This document shows positions 1 through 12,288 of a DNA stretch of 64,000 nucleotides, in pieces. The stretch lies in contig CM082584.2 of the NCBI GenBank assembly GCA_040954595.2, forward strand, positions 10,262,190 through 10,326,189, written 5' to 3'. The notes below the pieces were generated by a model that had not been told where the DNA came from, searched no databases, and worked only from the letters and a program-made list of their open reading frames with translations. Made by a program: the position numbers and the translations under genes. Positions within the stretch are counted from its first letter, which is position 1. The number at the start of each line of letters is the position of its first letter. This DNA comes from Balanoglossus misakiensis. Lineage: Eukaryota > Animalia > Hemichordata.

Positions 1-455
1 TTTTATGACGGTTGGGTTGGACAGTGGAAGTTATATCTGACTCGAGACATCTTAGATTGATAAAACATAGGACAACATGGTTAATAATTTTGTGTCATGT
101 TGATCTGCTATTTTTGTGTGTGTGTTTAAACTTATCCAAACATATCGAATTATGCAGGGTGTGCGATTTCTGTAGTATAATTTCACAGAAATTGTCACAA
201 GAAACATGTTTAAATGGAAATGTTGTTGTATCCAGTGTAGTGTAGTGGACCTGTTTCCTATGTGTGTTTGTGGTGTTATTCTTTATTGACCCATCTGATG
301 ATGTATATGCTGCAGACATATGGTTACATTGCACAAACAATAAGGTGTACTTTTCCTCCGGAAACATTGTATGATTATATAATTCACACCGTATTGTGTT
401 TTATTTTATTTTTTCTGGGATTGTAGATTAATTGCCCACTTTTTTTCATCCCCAG

Positions 456-3400
456 GCACTCCGGGATACTGGGGTTCATCATTTGAGGTTGCTTCTAATC
501 ATGGGCCAATTGACGTGCTGGGGTATGATTCCCATTTGGCTGCTCACAGATGTGCTGAGTATTCTAAATGATCAGACCATGGTGAGTTGATCCAGTACTG
601 TCTCATATTCAGTGTTGAGTGACCCAGACATATAGCTCTGTATCTGTGGTTGCTGTCATCAGGAGTCATGTTTGTGTGCATTTTCGTTCTTTTGGATGAA
701 AAAAATAATTACAGAACTGGTAGTAGATATTGACATTACGTGCTGTAGATCTGCATGAGTTATTTCATCAGTATGGAGATTAATCCCCAATCAGTAGACT
801 TGTTACCATAAATCATACTAATCAGTGTGACTGATTGTTGATAACTGTTGAAACATAACATGAGGTGAAGAATTTTATCATTTGCTGTGGGATTTGTCCA
901 GCTGTACATTGAATTTCGATAGCTAACCAAACATGTGGTAGTGAGAATCACAAATAAAATGGTGAGACATCCATCAAAGAATATGAATAACATGCATGAA
1001 ATATGTAGACTTTTATGGCGTGTCCTGAACTACAAAACACGCTGCCAGTATTTGGGAGATGGACCATAGCGCCCCCTAGAGTTTCAATCACTGCTTGGAT
1101 TGTAGCACGGAAGTTAGAACTCTTCAGAGTGGCCCTGTCAGAAATGAGCTAAAAAGAACTTTGATTTTTTGTTTATAGTTGCACTCCATAGAGTGGCTGC
1201 CAACAACATTCCTCATCTTGATGAGCGGATTTCTCAACTTCCTGCAAAACATCGTGGCGTTCAGCGTCCTGTCTTTGGTCAGCCCGCTCAGCTACTCGGT
1301 CGCCAACGCCACCAAGCGCATCATCGTCATCACGTCATCGCTGATCCTCCTCCACAACCCGGTCACGTTCTACAACATCATGGGCATGATGGTGGCCATC
1401 TTCGGAGTCCTGTATTACAACATGGTTAGTGTCCGCTGTCCTTTTTTTCTCACAGAGCTTGCAGGAACTTTTCGCCTGCCGTCAATCACAGGTCAAAGCA
1501 GTGTCGAGGGTCAAAGGTTAATGCATATTATTGATCCCTTGTAATTGTGCAGAGGGGATTTGAAATCACTATAGTTAGAAAAGTTTGCTCTGAATTCCTC
1601 AGTGTTTGACAGGTGAAGTGTGACTTGCTGAATTGTGTAAATCACATTATCCTGCTGGCTAGATAAAAACACTTAGCAGATTAACTTTTATGAGATGAAT
1701 TTTTTTTACATAAAATTGTAAAGTAAAATTTTCATAAATTAATGTGCGTCAAACTCGCTGCACAAATTCTACTCATTGTTTGCAGATTAACTTTGTGTAT
1801 TTTCAATTTTATGTTAACATTTATTTCAGGATTCACATTCTCTCTATATATATTGTCTTTGCTCTAGGTACAATTCATCCTGTATGTTTTTTTCTCGCGT
1901 GTAACTGTATGTCTGATTGATGACGTCTGTGTTTGTTCTAGACAAGTGAAGTGGTGGATCTATGTTTGATTTTTGCTGTGAATGGTCTCAGAGTTGAACA
2001 TGTACACAAATGGGAGCGTGGAGTTGTCATATCATGATTGCTGTATTGTTTGTCCTGTGTTTATTTGTGTACCTGTGCCTCTCTGTCAGTTAACTAGAAA
2101 CCGACCACTTTCTTTCTACAGCACATTTGACAATTTTTTATCCAACAGCTGAGTGTACTTTTTTATCTAATACCTGCACCCTGGTTACACGACTTCTTCG
2201 CTCAACTTCTCTCAAAACACAAAATGTTCCTTGAAACCATTGTTCTTCAATGTGTCCATACCCTGCTTTAGATCGGTCTGGCCAGATCTTTCACACTTTA
2301 CAGTACAGACACTCTTGGCAAAATGAGTAGTGAGACAGCCCTCTCTGGCAAGAAAAAGAGAGACTTGCATTAAAACTCAAAGCCTCGTTCCTAAAATGGC
2401 CCTTATGATTGTGAGATTTGCCTGATGTGTAATTAATCACCAGATAAAAAGAATCAACTAAGAACAAAAGACTGACGATGTGTTAATGAGCAACTCGCAC
2501 CTAGTAATGCCAGAACAGTGAAAGTTTGAATGTGTCATGATGGGCAGTTTTATTGTGTGTGCATAGCCGGTCTTTGTGAGTGCCATCGTGGGCAGATTTT
2601 TCAGTGTAGTTAGTGTTATCATCAGCAAGTCCTGGCACGGCTTGAAAGTGTTGAAAGGGGCCGTCCTCCAGCTTGGAGTGTAAGTCTAAGTGCTGCGGTC
2701 AACAATCTTTCAGCGTAGCTTCAGAAGGCAACAATCAAGAGTCTTTCAGTGCAGCTATTTAAGACATCCCAGATTTGACAGTTTCTCTCGGTGTAGTGAG
2801 AAGAGTGATAGTGTCAGTTCGGTCCGAGGGGGCCTACACTACAAGAACCCCACGATCAAACATTGTCCACACGATTAGGTATTGACCGATGTGTTCTCTC
2901 ACTCGCATGTAAGCCTCATCGATAGCTGAGTGAACAACTCTGCCTAATGAGCCATGGTGGTAAAACACCAACGGTACACACTGCTACAAGTGTGAAAATA
3001 TTTACAGAAGTCGTCAGATAGAAACCAAGCGAGGCTCAGACAATACTGGGAGATGAACTGTTTCTTAGCTGACGTAGAATGCAAGAAGTACATGTGGAAA
3101 CTGCCCAGAGTGTACCTTCAATTAAAAGCATGTATCATAATTGTTAATTTTTTATAATTGTTAATTTTTAGTATGATAGCATTTCCAAACTGCTTGCACA
3201 AAAGAAATAACACTACTTTTCAAATTATTCTGAGAGACTGGTGAATAATACCTTCTCGAAACTTTATGGGAAAAAATGATGAAATTTACTGTTTACAAGT
3301 GGAGCATGGAAAGTGCAACTTTTTTATCTGAACAGGCTTTTTAGGCGCTGAATGGGCAGCACACTTGAGGTTGGAGAAGTTGGGTCGTGTAGTGTCACCT

Positions 3401-5142
3401 CGGCTAAAGGTTTGTGTGTACTCAGTGGGGAGCAGATTTGACAACAAACCAATAGTGTTTGACGATTCCGGCTTTTTAAAAGTGAAATTGAGCCAGCAAA
3501 GCCGACTGGACTGATCTGATTTGGACTAACCCAACCAGAGAGGTGGCAGCAAGTCAGAAAGTCAAAGCATTGTTGCGCCGAGTGAGCAAATAAAAAAATT
3601 CACACAAAAAACGGTTCTTTTCTCTATTGCCCAAGCTTTTTTTACTTTCCGTTGAAATTTTCACGTGAAATTGAGCATATCAGTTATGGCCACAAAAGCG
3701 CTGACCGAAATTCTTAATCGTTTTTTTTTTTATAGGGGGACCGGGTCTACCTTTGATTTTCGTTCACGGAGTAACCCGGCCGACAGGACTATCGTATGAC
3801 AAATGAGGCTCCTTCTATTGAATGCATGTTTTAGCATTTCTCAAGACTGTCATTCTGTGATTTTATTGGTTATCGGAGAGTACAGTGGTTGGGTTACTAA
3901 TCCGCTAGATAAAGGAGGACATGCTTGGTGGGGTAGCTCTGTAAAGACCCCTGCTTGCTTTGTCCATTGTGCTCGCATCAAGTGTTTTGCCGTCTTAAAG
4001 AAACAGAACATTTACACAATGAATATGCCGCGCAGAGAACGCAGACACACTATGCTCAGCTTTGGCTTAAACCACTACAAACCAAATTAAAGTCAGTCTG
4101 ATTAAAATTCTCAAAATACAGATCCAGGTTCTAAGCTCTTTTTTTCGCCCTCCGAAGCGCAAAACCCTGGCAGACTCTTCTGCAAAAAAAAGAAAAGAAA
4201 TGGAACAGAGTTACTGAGTTCCAGAGAGACAATTATTTTTTTTTTCAATTCAAAGTGATTTCAGAGTTTCGCTCGCGTCTCCAAACAGAAGCCCACTGCA
4301 CCGGGTTGACCAGAGGAGTTTTATTAGTTCTAGCCCGATCACTTGTTATCTTAATGTGGGAAAACATTGCCATGTATAGCGTAAACATTGGTATTATCAT
4401 TGTTCAAGTGAATCAATATTTGAGGAAAAGCAACAAATAGTTGAGTATGGCAGCCTGAATCATCCACACCTCATTCGGCAGGCTAGACATCAAACGGGAA
4501 CTTCATTTCATTTCCATTTCCGTAAACCCCCTTCCTTGTTTCAGATTCCAATTTAATACCCCCGGGTAGTCAGAGAAGAGTTCTTGTATTTCAAATAATA
4601 ATGGAACATTGTCATAACTGTATGCACATACTCCCCTCCAAAATGATCCAAAACGCAAAATTTGTTCAGTTTTGTGTTTGTTCTCTCCCCAAGTGACGTT
4701 CCAACGCTTGATCTTCCGAAGCGCTCGTGCAGTCTCTTTGTATCTCACCAGCTGCCATGTGTATCTCAGTATCTGTACACGCCTTTTTCTCGCTCCGCAG
4801 GTGGCGTATTACGAGAGAATGGCGCACGACGAGATCGAGGGCAGAGACGACAAGGCCCGACCGCAACAACAGGACGAGGAATCGTCATGGATATTAGTGT
4901 CCCCGTCCGACGTAGCTTTGTCTTCCTATCATCAAAGATGTGAGCGCTAAAATTTATTTGTATTTTGACTCTGTTTCTGTTCATTCTTTTTTTTCTCTCC
5001 CCCACTCTAGGCTAAGTACGAAGCCAACCGAGCCAAGAGACTCCTCCCCATGTATACCAATGAATTCACGGCTCTTGATCCAAAGATTGGCGGTAGTCTT
5101 AGGAGGAATGGACTCTCAACCGGTTCTTTCTATCACCTTTGA
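456..5142 (+). CDS. SLC35E1: Solute carrier family 35 member E1 (TPT-family/nucleotide-sugar transporter), 3' part; coding exons 456-581, 1179-1424, 5011-5142(stop); upstream exons lie outside the window
   Basis: AG/GT-bounded phase-0 exons translate as [33 protein letters not shown]..., ...[48 protein letters not shown]...GVLYYNM and [13 protein letters not shown]...YHL*. These match recalled vertebrate SLC35E1 segments (HHLRLL; [23 protein letters not shown]; TKYDANQQARKHLLP). Confidence 0.92.
1067..1081 (-). promoter_or_regulatory. CTCF-like motif (CTCTAGGGGGCGCTA)
   Basis: Close match to the CTCF core consensus on the minus strand; motif match only. Confidence 0.35.
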
Positions 5143-5809
5143 ATGCGGGCTGACGGGGTTTGCCCACAAATTTTTGGAGAAGGTGCCATTTCTGTAGTTT
5201 ATCCTGCGGTGGTGTCGCGTGTGGCGGTGGCTGGTGCTGGCTGTTAGTAGCGCATGCACCGGCAGGAGAATATTAAAACAAGGATGTGTGTGTGTGTAAC
5301 GTGCATGAGACAGCTTTGCATGAGTTTGCGATTTGGCCGCTGTGAGATTTTAAGGTTCTCTTCCCCTCTCCCACACTTTTCAACTAACAAATTCTCGAGA
5401 CGACGTGTTTGTCACCTCTTTTTGCCATGGCGACCTTTTTGCTGTGTTCGAGTAGAAAACACACGCTCCTTTCAATGTTGGCACTCCTGTCTCTGTATCT
5501 CCGACAGCTTTACCTCACCTTGCGCTCAGCGAGAAGAGAAACGGCTACCTCAAAGTGAATAACGGGCTCGGCGACGCCTTTGACGCGGGAGGACTAGTCA
5601 TGAAGGATATATCATCCCCGTCGCCGAGCGACAGCAAATTGAGCGAACTGAGTGATAATTCCGGTGGCGACTCGAGTGATGTCAACGTCAAACCCGGCAA
5701 TAAAGGAAGACGAGGCTTCCGTCGGGACCGGAAAGAAAGGAAAACAGTGACATTTGACATACAACCAGCAGTACAAGAAAATGCAGTATCAATAGACATA
5801 GAGACATAA
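4801..5809 (+). CDS. SLC35E1: Candidate alternative 3' coding exons of SLC35E1 (4801-4939 + 5508-5809), 146-aa alternative cytosolic tail
   Basis: Pyrimidine tract + CAG before 4801 (phase 0, compatible with the donor at 1425). GTGAGC donor at 4940 (phase 1). CAG acceptor ending at 5507 needs phase 1. The joined frame is open to TAA at 5807-5809. Confidence 0.55.
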
Positions 5810-8748
5810 AATATTTTTTTCTGTTATTTATGTTTATCATCTACTTATTTATTGGCTGTTAAAAGCATGTTTATGTCACGTTTTTTGTGTGCAATAGTGT
5901 TATTCACAAAAATCTAAGGGGCCACATTTTATGTCATCAAGTTAAGGGGTATTGCCGACTAGTATTCTGTGTTGTGCTAGGGGGACTTTTTTCATGTAAC
6001 TGTGTTCAGTCACATTTGTATAGCACTTTTTTCTCACACAGCCTATAAAAATGATATAAAATTTTCCCAGTGTTTTTTTTGCAAAAATTGTTATTAATGT
6101 TTATAGATAAGTCATTCTTTTGTTTGCTTTATGTTGATTGCTTTTCTATCACTTGCAAATATATCAAACAATCACAAACCAAGCAATGCTACCCTGTGTG
6201 TAGCAGTGTCTTTTGTGAGATTCTTCACGAAATTGAAAATCATTTTCGCAGGTGGGGATCATTTGCGAATATGAAACTTGTGAACTTGAAATATTTTTGT
6301 ACAGTAAAGTCTGCAGACCATGTCAATTATATGAACAAATTCTACTGTAAATTCTGTAAAATACTCAATTTATTTTACAAAGAATCACCTTAGTCAATGT
6401 TAAAATAGTAAGGGGCTATTAGATTTACCGGGTAATAGACATTATAGGAAAGTTGTCATGACAGAACAACTCAGGTATGTAATCTACCAGGACTTGTTTT
6501 GGTACCTGGGTGGAGTTATTGTAAATGAATGGTGCATATATAAACAATGCCAAAAGCTCAGAAAGATTATTATAGCAAAGATGAACGCTATCCTTATTGT
6601 TTGAAAACTTTGATTTTTGTGCAAAAGTCAAGTGAAGACTATACAGCTGATTACGTGAAATAGTTGATATAAAATAAAAAATATGGCCACTGACATATCA
6701 ATGACTTTGGGTTTTTCATATATTTATGCGGCATTATTCCATTTTTTTTTTTAGGCTTTGAATTGGTCTACTTTGCATGTGAGATGAAATATAAACAGAT
6801 AATGTAATATTTTGGGGCTATGCAGAATGTGTAGCAAATATATAAAAAAATTCTGAAATTGAGAATATTGGCGCTATTTGGTGAGAGCTGTATTATTGGG
6901 TTCCCATGGTAACCTTGAGTATGAGGTTGCTGTTGAGATATTTAATATTGAGATATAAAGACTGGTGAGAATAGGTTTATTTTTGTAGAGAAAGATGTTT
7001 TGCTGCTTTAATGTTGGAGTACAAAAGAGAAGTGGATGGATGAAAAAGTTGCCTTAATAAATAGGTGTAAATTCACTGTGTTGCTACAGAACTCTATTTA
7101 CTCATTAAAAACTGGTGATGTTCTTAACAAGAAGTTATGGTGCAATTCTTCTGGTCCTCTCATCAAGATAACCAAAGTTACTTGTATTAAGTACATGAGA
7201 ATTGAGTCCCACAGACTGAACACTACATACAACTCCCCCCTCCCCCCCCTGACAACCCCCACGAGAGGACTGATATCCATGTCTTCCCTCTTCCATGTGG
7301 CTATAATTTCCCCGACTCTAGTTATTCAAGCCATGTGATATCGAAAGAAACATTTGAAAATAAAGCCAAAGCTTTATTATTTATGTTCTATGTGATCCTC
7401 AGATGTGCTATTTCTTGTCCTTAGTTAATTACCAAGAACTGCCTTTTAGTTTGTCTTTATTTATTCTTCTGTGTTTTAAATTTATGTAAATTACATACAC
7501 ATAGCAAAGACTTTTAAATGATTCCTTGATTAAATTTTAAGTTTATCTATTGTCTTGATATCTTGCGTCAGTCTGATTTGCTTTCACTCTTTTTTTCTCG
7601 TGGTGCAATCAAAACTTTCTTGACGCTGACGTATTCTTGTTAGAATCCTGCGGCTGATCTTTTCTGCTAACTCACGATGACTTGATATTTAGCGTAAGCA
7701 CTTCCAGCGAGAGTTGAGCTTCTTTTGGGGGGGGAGGGGGCGGCAGCTCTGAAAGCATTTTAATTCGGACAGCTGATGTGCACAGTTCCTAAACCAAGCA
7801 AAATAATCTGTAAAACGAACCGTTTCGCACCAGAAACCGTTCTAGTACTCGATTGTTTAAATGACACAGATTCACTTGACCGCGCTCTGGTCGTAAAGGG
7901 TAATTTTAATTCCTACGAACAGGTGTTCTCAAAGATCGAGTCCCGACCCAACCCTTTTCCTGTCACCATCATCTTACGCACCTGTGTTCGTGATTATCGC
8001 CAGAGGGCGTGGTTAGAATACTTGCTTTCGATCGCGTTACATCACAGTTTTAAGAATTCGGCACTTTTTTGCTCAATGATAACAGCCGGCAACCCCACCA
8101 AACCCGTCTCTCCTCGAGTTTTAACAATATGGAGGATGCGAAAGCCTCATCTTATTAGCAAGCTAAACAATTTAGTTTGTGTCATTCAGACAATGATACA
8201 TTCTATTTAGCGTTGCCCCTAATCCTGGCCCTGAGCGATGAATGGCGAGGCTAATTGCTCAAATTGCCAGTAAACGATACAATGAGTGGCGGTAACAGGC
8301 CATACACCGAAAAGTGTGTTCCCACAAAGAGGTATGACAAAACAGACAAACAAACGATTAAGACTCCCGTAGTTCAGCGATGGGACGTGAGAACACTTGC
8401 GCTTATTAGGAAAAACCTGTGAAAAGGTCCCTTCCATTGAATGCGTGTAATCATAGACTCTTCGCGTCGCTCAATAGAAACAAGCGTTTGGCGAGCTACA
8501 CTTTTATTCAGGAACTCTGAAGATTACCCTGGTACTTTTGCAGCAAGTGCGCGATTTCAAAGGAAATTCCTATCCGTTGTTATTGAGTCAGGTGTCTGCC
8601 CTAAAGTGGACCAGATTGCGATTTGTCTCTGCAGGCGAAAGTTGTCTAGACCACGGTCAGTCCACTTATCGTGAAGTGGCTGTGGGAGTGGACAGTTTCG
8701 TGTTGTCACGCGATTCCCTCGCACGGGTGTAACTCCACGATCGCTATC

Positions 8749-8765
8749 GTCGTCGTCGTCGTCGA

Positions 8766-8833
<68 letters not shown>
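8749..8833. repeat. (GTC)5 followed by (TCA)22 microsatellite, left flank of the LINE insertion
   Basis: Directly visible; TCA units run 8768-8833. Confidence 0.97.
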
Positions 8834-9930
8834 AGATGTTTTGTCCCTGCCAGACAGTATTAAACCTGATTTTAAATTGTGCTACACTAGACTTATTCCA
8901 AAATCACACGGTGACCTGCAGTGGCGCATACTGCATGGCGCATATGCTACCGGTACTTTTATGTTTAGTTGTAATTATGCCCCCACCCCAAACTGTGTTT
9001 TCTGTCAAACCAAAGACGACTTGCTCCATATTTTTCTCGAGTGTATTCGGTTAATTCCTCTTTTCAAGATCATTCGTACCTTGTGTCAACGCATCCTGGG
9101 TACTGTGTGCAAAATTCCTTATTGGTGGTTCATTTTAGGGCCAGTCTGTAACAAAGATGTTACAAAACATACCAGCCCCCTTTTAATGTTTCTTTTTGTT
9201 ACTGCTAAACTCTCAATTCATATTACCCGTCACATAGCTCTTACTGAAGGAATCTCAAACCAAAGCTTTTCCCTTGTCGATCTCTTTAAAGTCCGTGTAC
9301 GTTCTCGTTTAATCAATGAATTTACCTACTACAGAAACTGCTCAAAAACTGACGTCTTTATAAACATGTGGTGCATCAATAATGCCTTGGCTTCAGTTCA
9401 TGAAGGAAACTTAAACATTGCTACAATTTTATCGTAATCACTGGTACTAGTTCTGTGTAATAATGATAAACACTTACACACACGCTTTCATTGGAGCAAT
9501 AGGCTACAATGCTGACGTTTGGGATTGGGCTCCGTACTCCTCACGGGAACCATCCCAACATGGTTCGCCCATTCGTCAGAGGGTTACACACTTTTTTCTC
9601 ATTTCAGCCTCATTACTGCTGTAACGTTCCCGTCGTCTAACCTAGGATACATCTCTGCCGTCAACCCTACAGTACATCTCGGCCTTCAACCCTGTATTAC
9701 ATCTATGCTGTCAACCCTGCAGTACATACATGTAGCTGCCGTCAACCCTGCAATACTTCTCTGCCGTCAACCCTGGACTATGTATCAGTTGTAAATCCTA
9801 CAACCCTGGAACAATGTTCACTTTGTATTATTTTAGTCTGAATTTATGAATTCTTCTGCATTTCAATAAAGTGTAAATAATTTTATTTTACGCAATAAAG
9901 GTTTATTTTCAAAAGTCAAAAAAAAAAAAG
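8834..9930 (+). mobile_element. 5'-truncated non-LTR retrotransposon, L1 superfamily Tx1 clade (ORF2 C-terminus, 3'UTR, poly(A))
   Basis: ORF 8841-9437 carries GDLQWRILHGA and the CCHC knuckle CVFC-x7-H-x4-C followed by RLIPLF, typical of Tx1-type ORF2 ends. Two AATAAA (~9865, ~9894) and an A tract at 9918-9929 precede resumption of the TCA repeat. Confidence 0.9.

Positions 9931-9996
<66 letters not shown>
9931..9996. repeat. (TCA)22 microsatellite, right flank of the LINE insertion
   Basis: Directly visible. Confidence 0.97.
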
Positions 9997-10974
9997 CGAA
10001 GCAAAGCAACTTTGAAAAAACGCTCAAATCAATAATCAACCAAGATAATTATTGTTGACAAGAGGATTGGGCAGTAGTGCGGCCAACCGTGGGGCCAGTC
10101 GGACCGAGGATCCACCAGGCACCATGCCAAACGTTTAAAAAATAGAGTGCAACATTTGACAAATATCAACAATGAGTAGAAATCACGGGAAAACAAGCAA
10201 AGAAAACAAACCAACACGTGTGACAACAAACGATTTGAAGTCATAACAGCGGGAAAGTGGCCAGTACAAACAGGCGGGCAGAACTTGGATACAAAGAGGA
10301 GGGTCCAATTTTCACTTTTGGGGCGATGGGCCCTGTAATTAAATCACGGTCCAGCCATACGTTAAGTAGGTGCCAAACGGGAGATAATGATTCGACTGGA
10401 TTGGATAATAAAACGTGATGATAACGTTCGCTGTTCAAATTGAGACACCTATTGTCGTGTCACACCAAACTCTGTTTGGCCATTATGAAGATAAAAGAAG
10501 ACATTCGCGAATGTTGGGTCTTCAAGAGAGCGCGTGTCTGGCATAAGAGTAAAACTCACCCAGTTGGGCGGTGTCGTATGTCCGTGAAATACACACCTCT
10601 AATCTCAATACTTAACACATCGCCGTGCATAATGCCGTTAGTACTTCAATTAGCATACTGGACAAAATGCGTCTTTTGTGAGCAACCCTTCTTTTTAAAG
10701 CACGCACTTTCCACTCCCGCGATTTCATTTGGTCTTGACTGCTCCACGAGTGCGAAGACGTCCCACGCTGCTGCCAGCCACCACCACCACCATCTCCGGG
10801 CAACTTGCAAGAACATATTTTTATTCAACGACTTGTGAAGTTTTGTCAAGTTTTATAGCGACCGTTCCGCCAACTTCAGCTCTCTCTCTCTTTCTGTTTC
10901 GTCTCGAGGAGCTGGGAAACGGCGGCTTCATCGATTTGATTCAGTTTGGCCAACTTTATAACCAGTCCACTCAA

Positions 10975-12288
10975 ATGGTCGTCGACTGCTTGGTCAACAT
11001 GCCGACCAATTCATCACCCGACGCTGGAAGAACGGCAGATTCGTCGATTTCCAACGATGCGATTGGCCGTCACATCCACCAGAGCAACAGCGGGGTCGGC
11101 GAGGACAACCTGGGCGGCCTGACCGGCGATTCCGTCGCCAATCACGCCACACCTGACGACGACTCCGCCACCGAGCACGGCGAAGATCTCAACAACCAAT
11201 CCCAAGGGGTTGGCGGCGGCAGGCGCCGAAAACGAATCCCTCAACGGGGCAAGCCACCGTACAGCTACATCGCCCTCATAGCCATGTCCATCGCCAATTC
11301 AGCGGAGAGGAAACTGACGCTGGGAGGTATATATAAATTCATCATGGAGAGATTTCCATTCTACAGAGACAATTCCAAGAAGTGGCAGAACTCCATTCGC
11401 CACAACCTGACACTGAACGACTGCTTTATCAAGCTGCCCCGTGAACCCGGCCGTCCGGGGAAAGGTCACTACTGGACGCTGGACCCGGCGGCCGAGGACA
11501 TGTTCGACAACGGCAGCTTTCTCCGGCGACGGAAGAGATTCAAGCGATCGGACCCGACGCAATCCTCCTTCCTGAGCAGCTACGTGCAAGAGAGTGCCTT
11601 CACGCCGACGGTGGGGCGAGGCCAATATCCTAGCGTGTACGACCAGTCGGTCTACGGCCAGCCGCCGTACACGTCGTCGGCGCCGCACACGAGCATGATG
11701 CCGCACTACGCTTCGACCGCGCCCCAGACGAGCGTCAGCTCCACGCCTCGCATATTCACCATCGACAACATCATCAACCCGTGTGCCGACAGACAGCCAC
11801 ACGCACCCCTGTCATCTCATCACTCCTTCGGGTCGAACGGTCTCGGCTCTTGTCTCGGCGGCGGCTACGTACCAGCGGCGGACCTCACATCCAGGACAGC
11901 GACGGCGGAGCAGAGGAACCCGTCCAACGGAAGCCCACAATCGGCAGTCTCTCTGCACTCCACGCCGCTGATCGCCGCCCCGAACATCGGACCGAGTCGC
12001 GGCAACGGGGCGTTCACGACCAACATCGGTTACCCGTACTCCTCGATTTCCACCTCACTCTCGGACTCTAACAACGCCAGCATCTTCAGCAGCTCAACAC
12101 AAACCGCGAACTGTCTACAGATAGGATCCACATCTTCAACACCGAGATACCCGGCTTCACCGCCAGACGTGCCCGATTTTGCCTTTTCCTTCACGGCAAA
12201 CACAGCAACCCCGAGACTCAATTCTTCTCATTTCATGAGACAGACGAACTTTGGACACGACAGACTTATCTCTCAATCGTCCGTTTGA
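10975..12288 (+). CDS. FoxE: Forkhead box protein E (FoxE; FOXE1/FOXE3 class), single coding exon, 437 aa from the first in-frame ATG (alternative ATG at 10999)
   Basis: [69 protein letters not shown]...[12 protein letters not shown] carries the FoxE-diagnostic [19 protein letters not shown] and [10 protein letters not shown]-terminal eh1-like FTIDNII. The ORF-track start at 10729 is a non-ATG codon. Confidence 0.95.
   Translation: MVVDCLVNMPTNSSPDAGRTADSSISNDAIGRHIHQSNSGVGEDNLGGLTGDSVANHATPDDDSATEHGEDLNNQSQGVGGGRRRKRIPQRGKPPYSYIALIAMSIANSAERKLTLGGIYKFIMERFPFYRDNSKKWQNSIRHNLTLNDCFIKLPREPGRPGKGHYWTLDPAAEDMFDNGSFLRRRKRFKRSDPTQSSFLSSYVQESAFTPTVGRGQYPSVYDQSVYGQPPYTSSAPHTSMMPHYASTAPQTSVSSTPRIFTIDNIINPCADRQPHAPLSSHHSFGSNGLGSCLGGGYVPAADLTSRTATAEQRNPSNGSPQSAVSLHSTPLIAAPNIGPSRGNGAFTTNIGYPYSSISTSLSDSNNASIFSSSTQTANCLQIGSTSSTPRYPASPPDVPDFAFSFTANTATPRLNSSHFMRQTNFGHDRLISQSSV

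Noticed and set aside
1613-2683. Other phase-0 AG-led short frames in the SLC35E1 intron (near 1613, 2272, 2567) as further alternative last exons
   Set aside because: Short, weak acceptors and no homology; cannot be told from chance without RNA data
7776-8210. 144-aa ORF with LVVKGNFN and IWR, reminiscent of LINE endonuclease GDFN / DIWR motifs
   Set aside because: Motif spacing is too long, the catalytic Asp is absent and no other endonuclease motifs are present; probably chance
8671-9054. Poly-Ile ORF
   Set aside because: Translation of the (ATC)n microsatellite running into the LINE out of frame
10729-10974. 82-codon N-terminal extension of FoxE in the ORF track
   Set aside because: Starts at a non-ATG codon and crosses a CT-rich stretch that looks like 5'UTR; the first ATG is at 10975
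11014-12221. Antisense and alternate-frame ORFs over FoxE (e.g. 11299-11802)
   Set aside because: Shadow ORFs expected from GC-rich coding sequence; no recognisable domains
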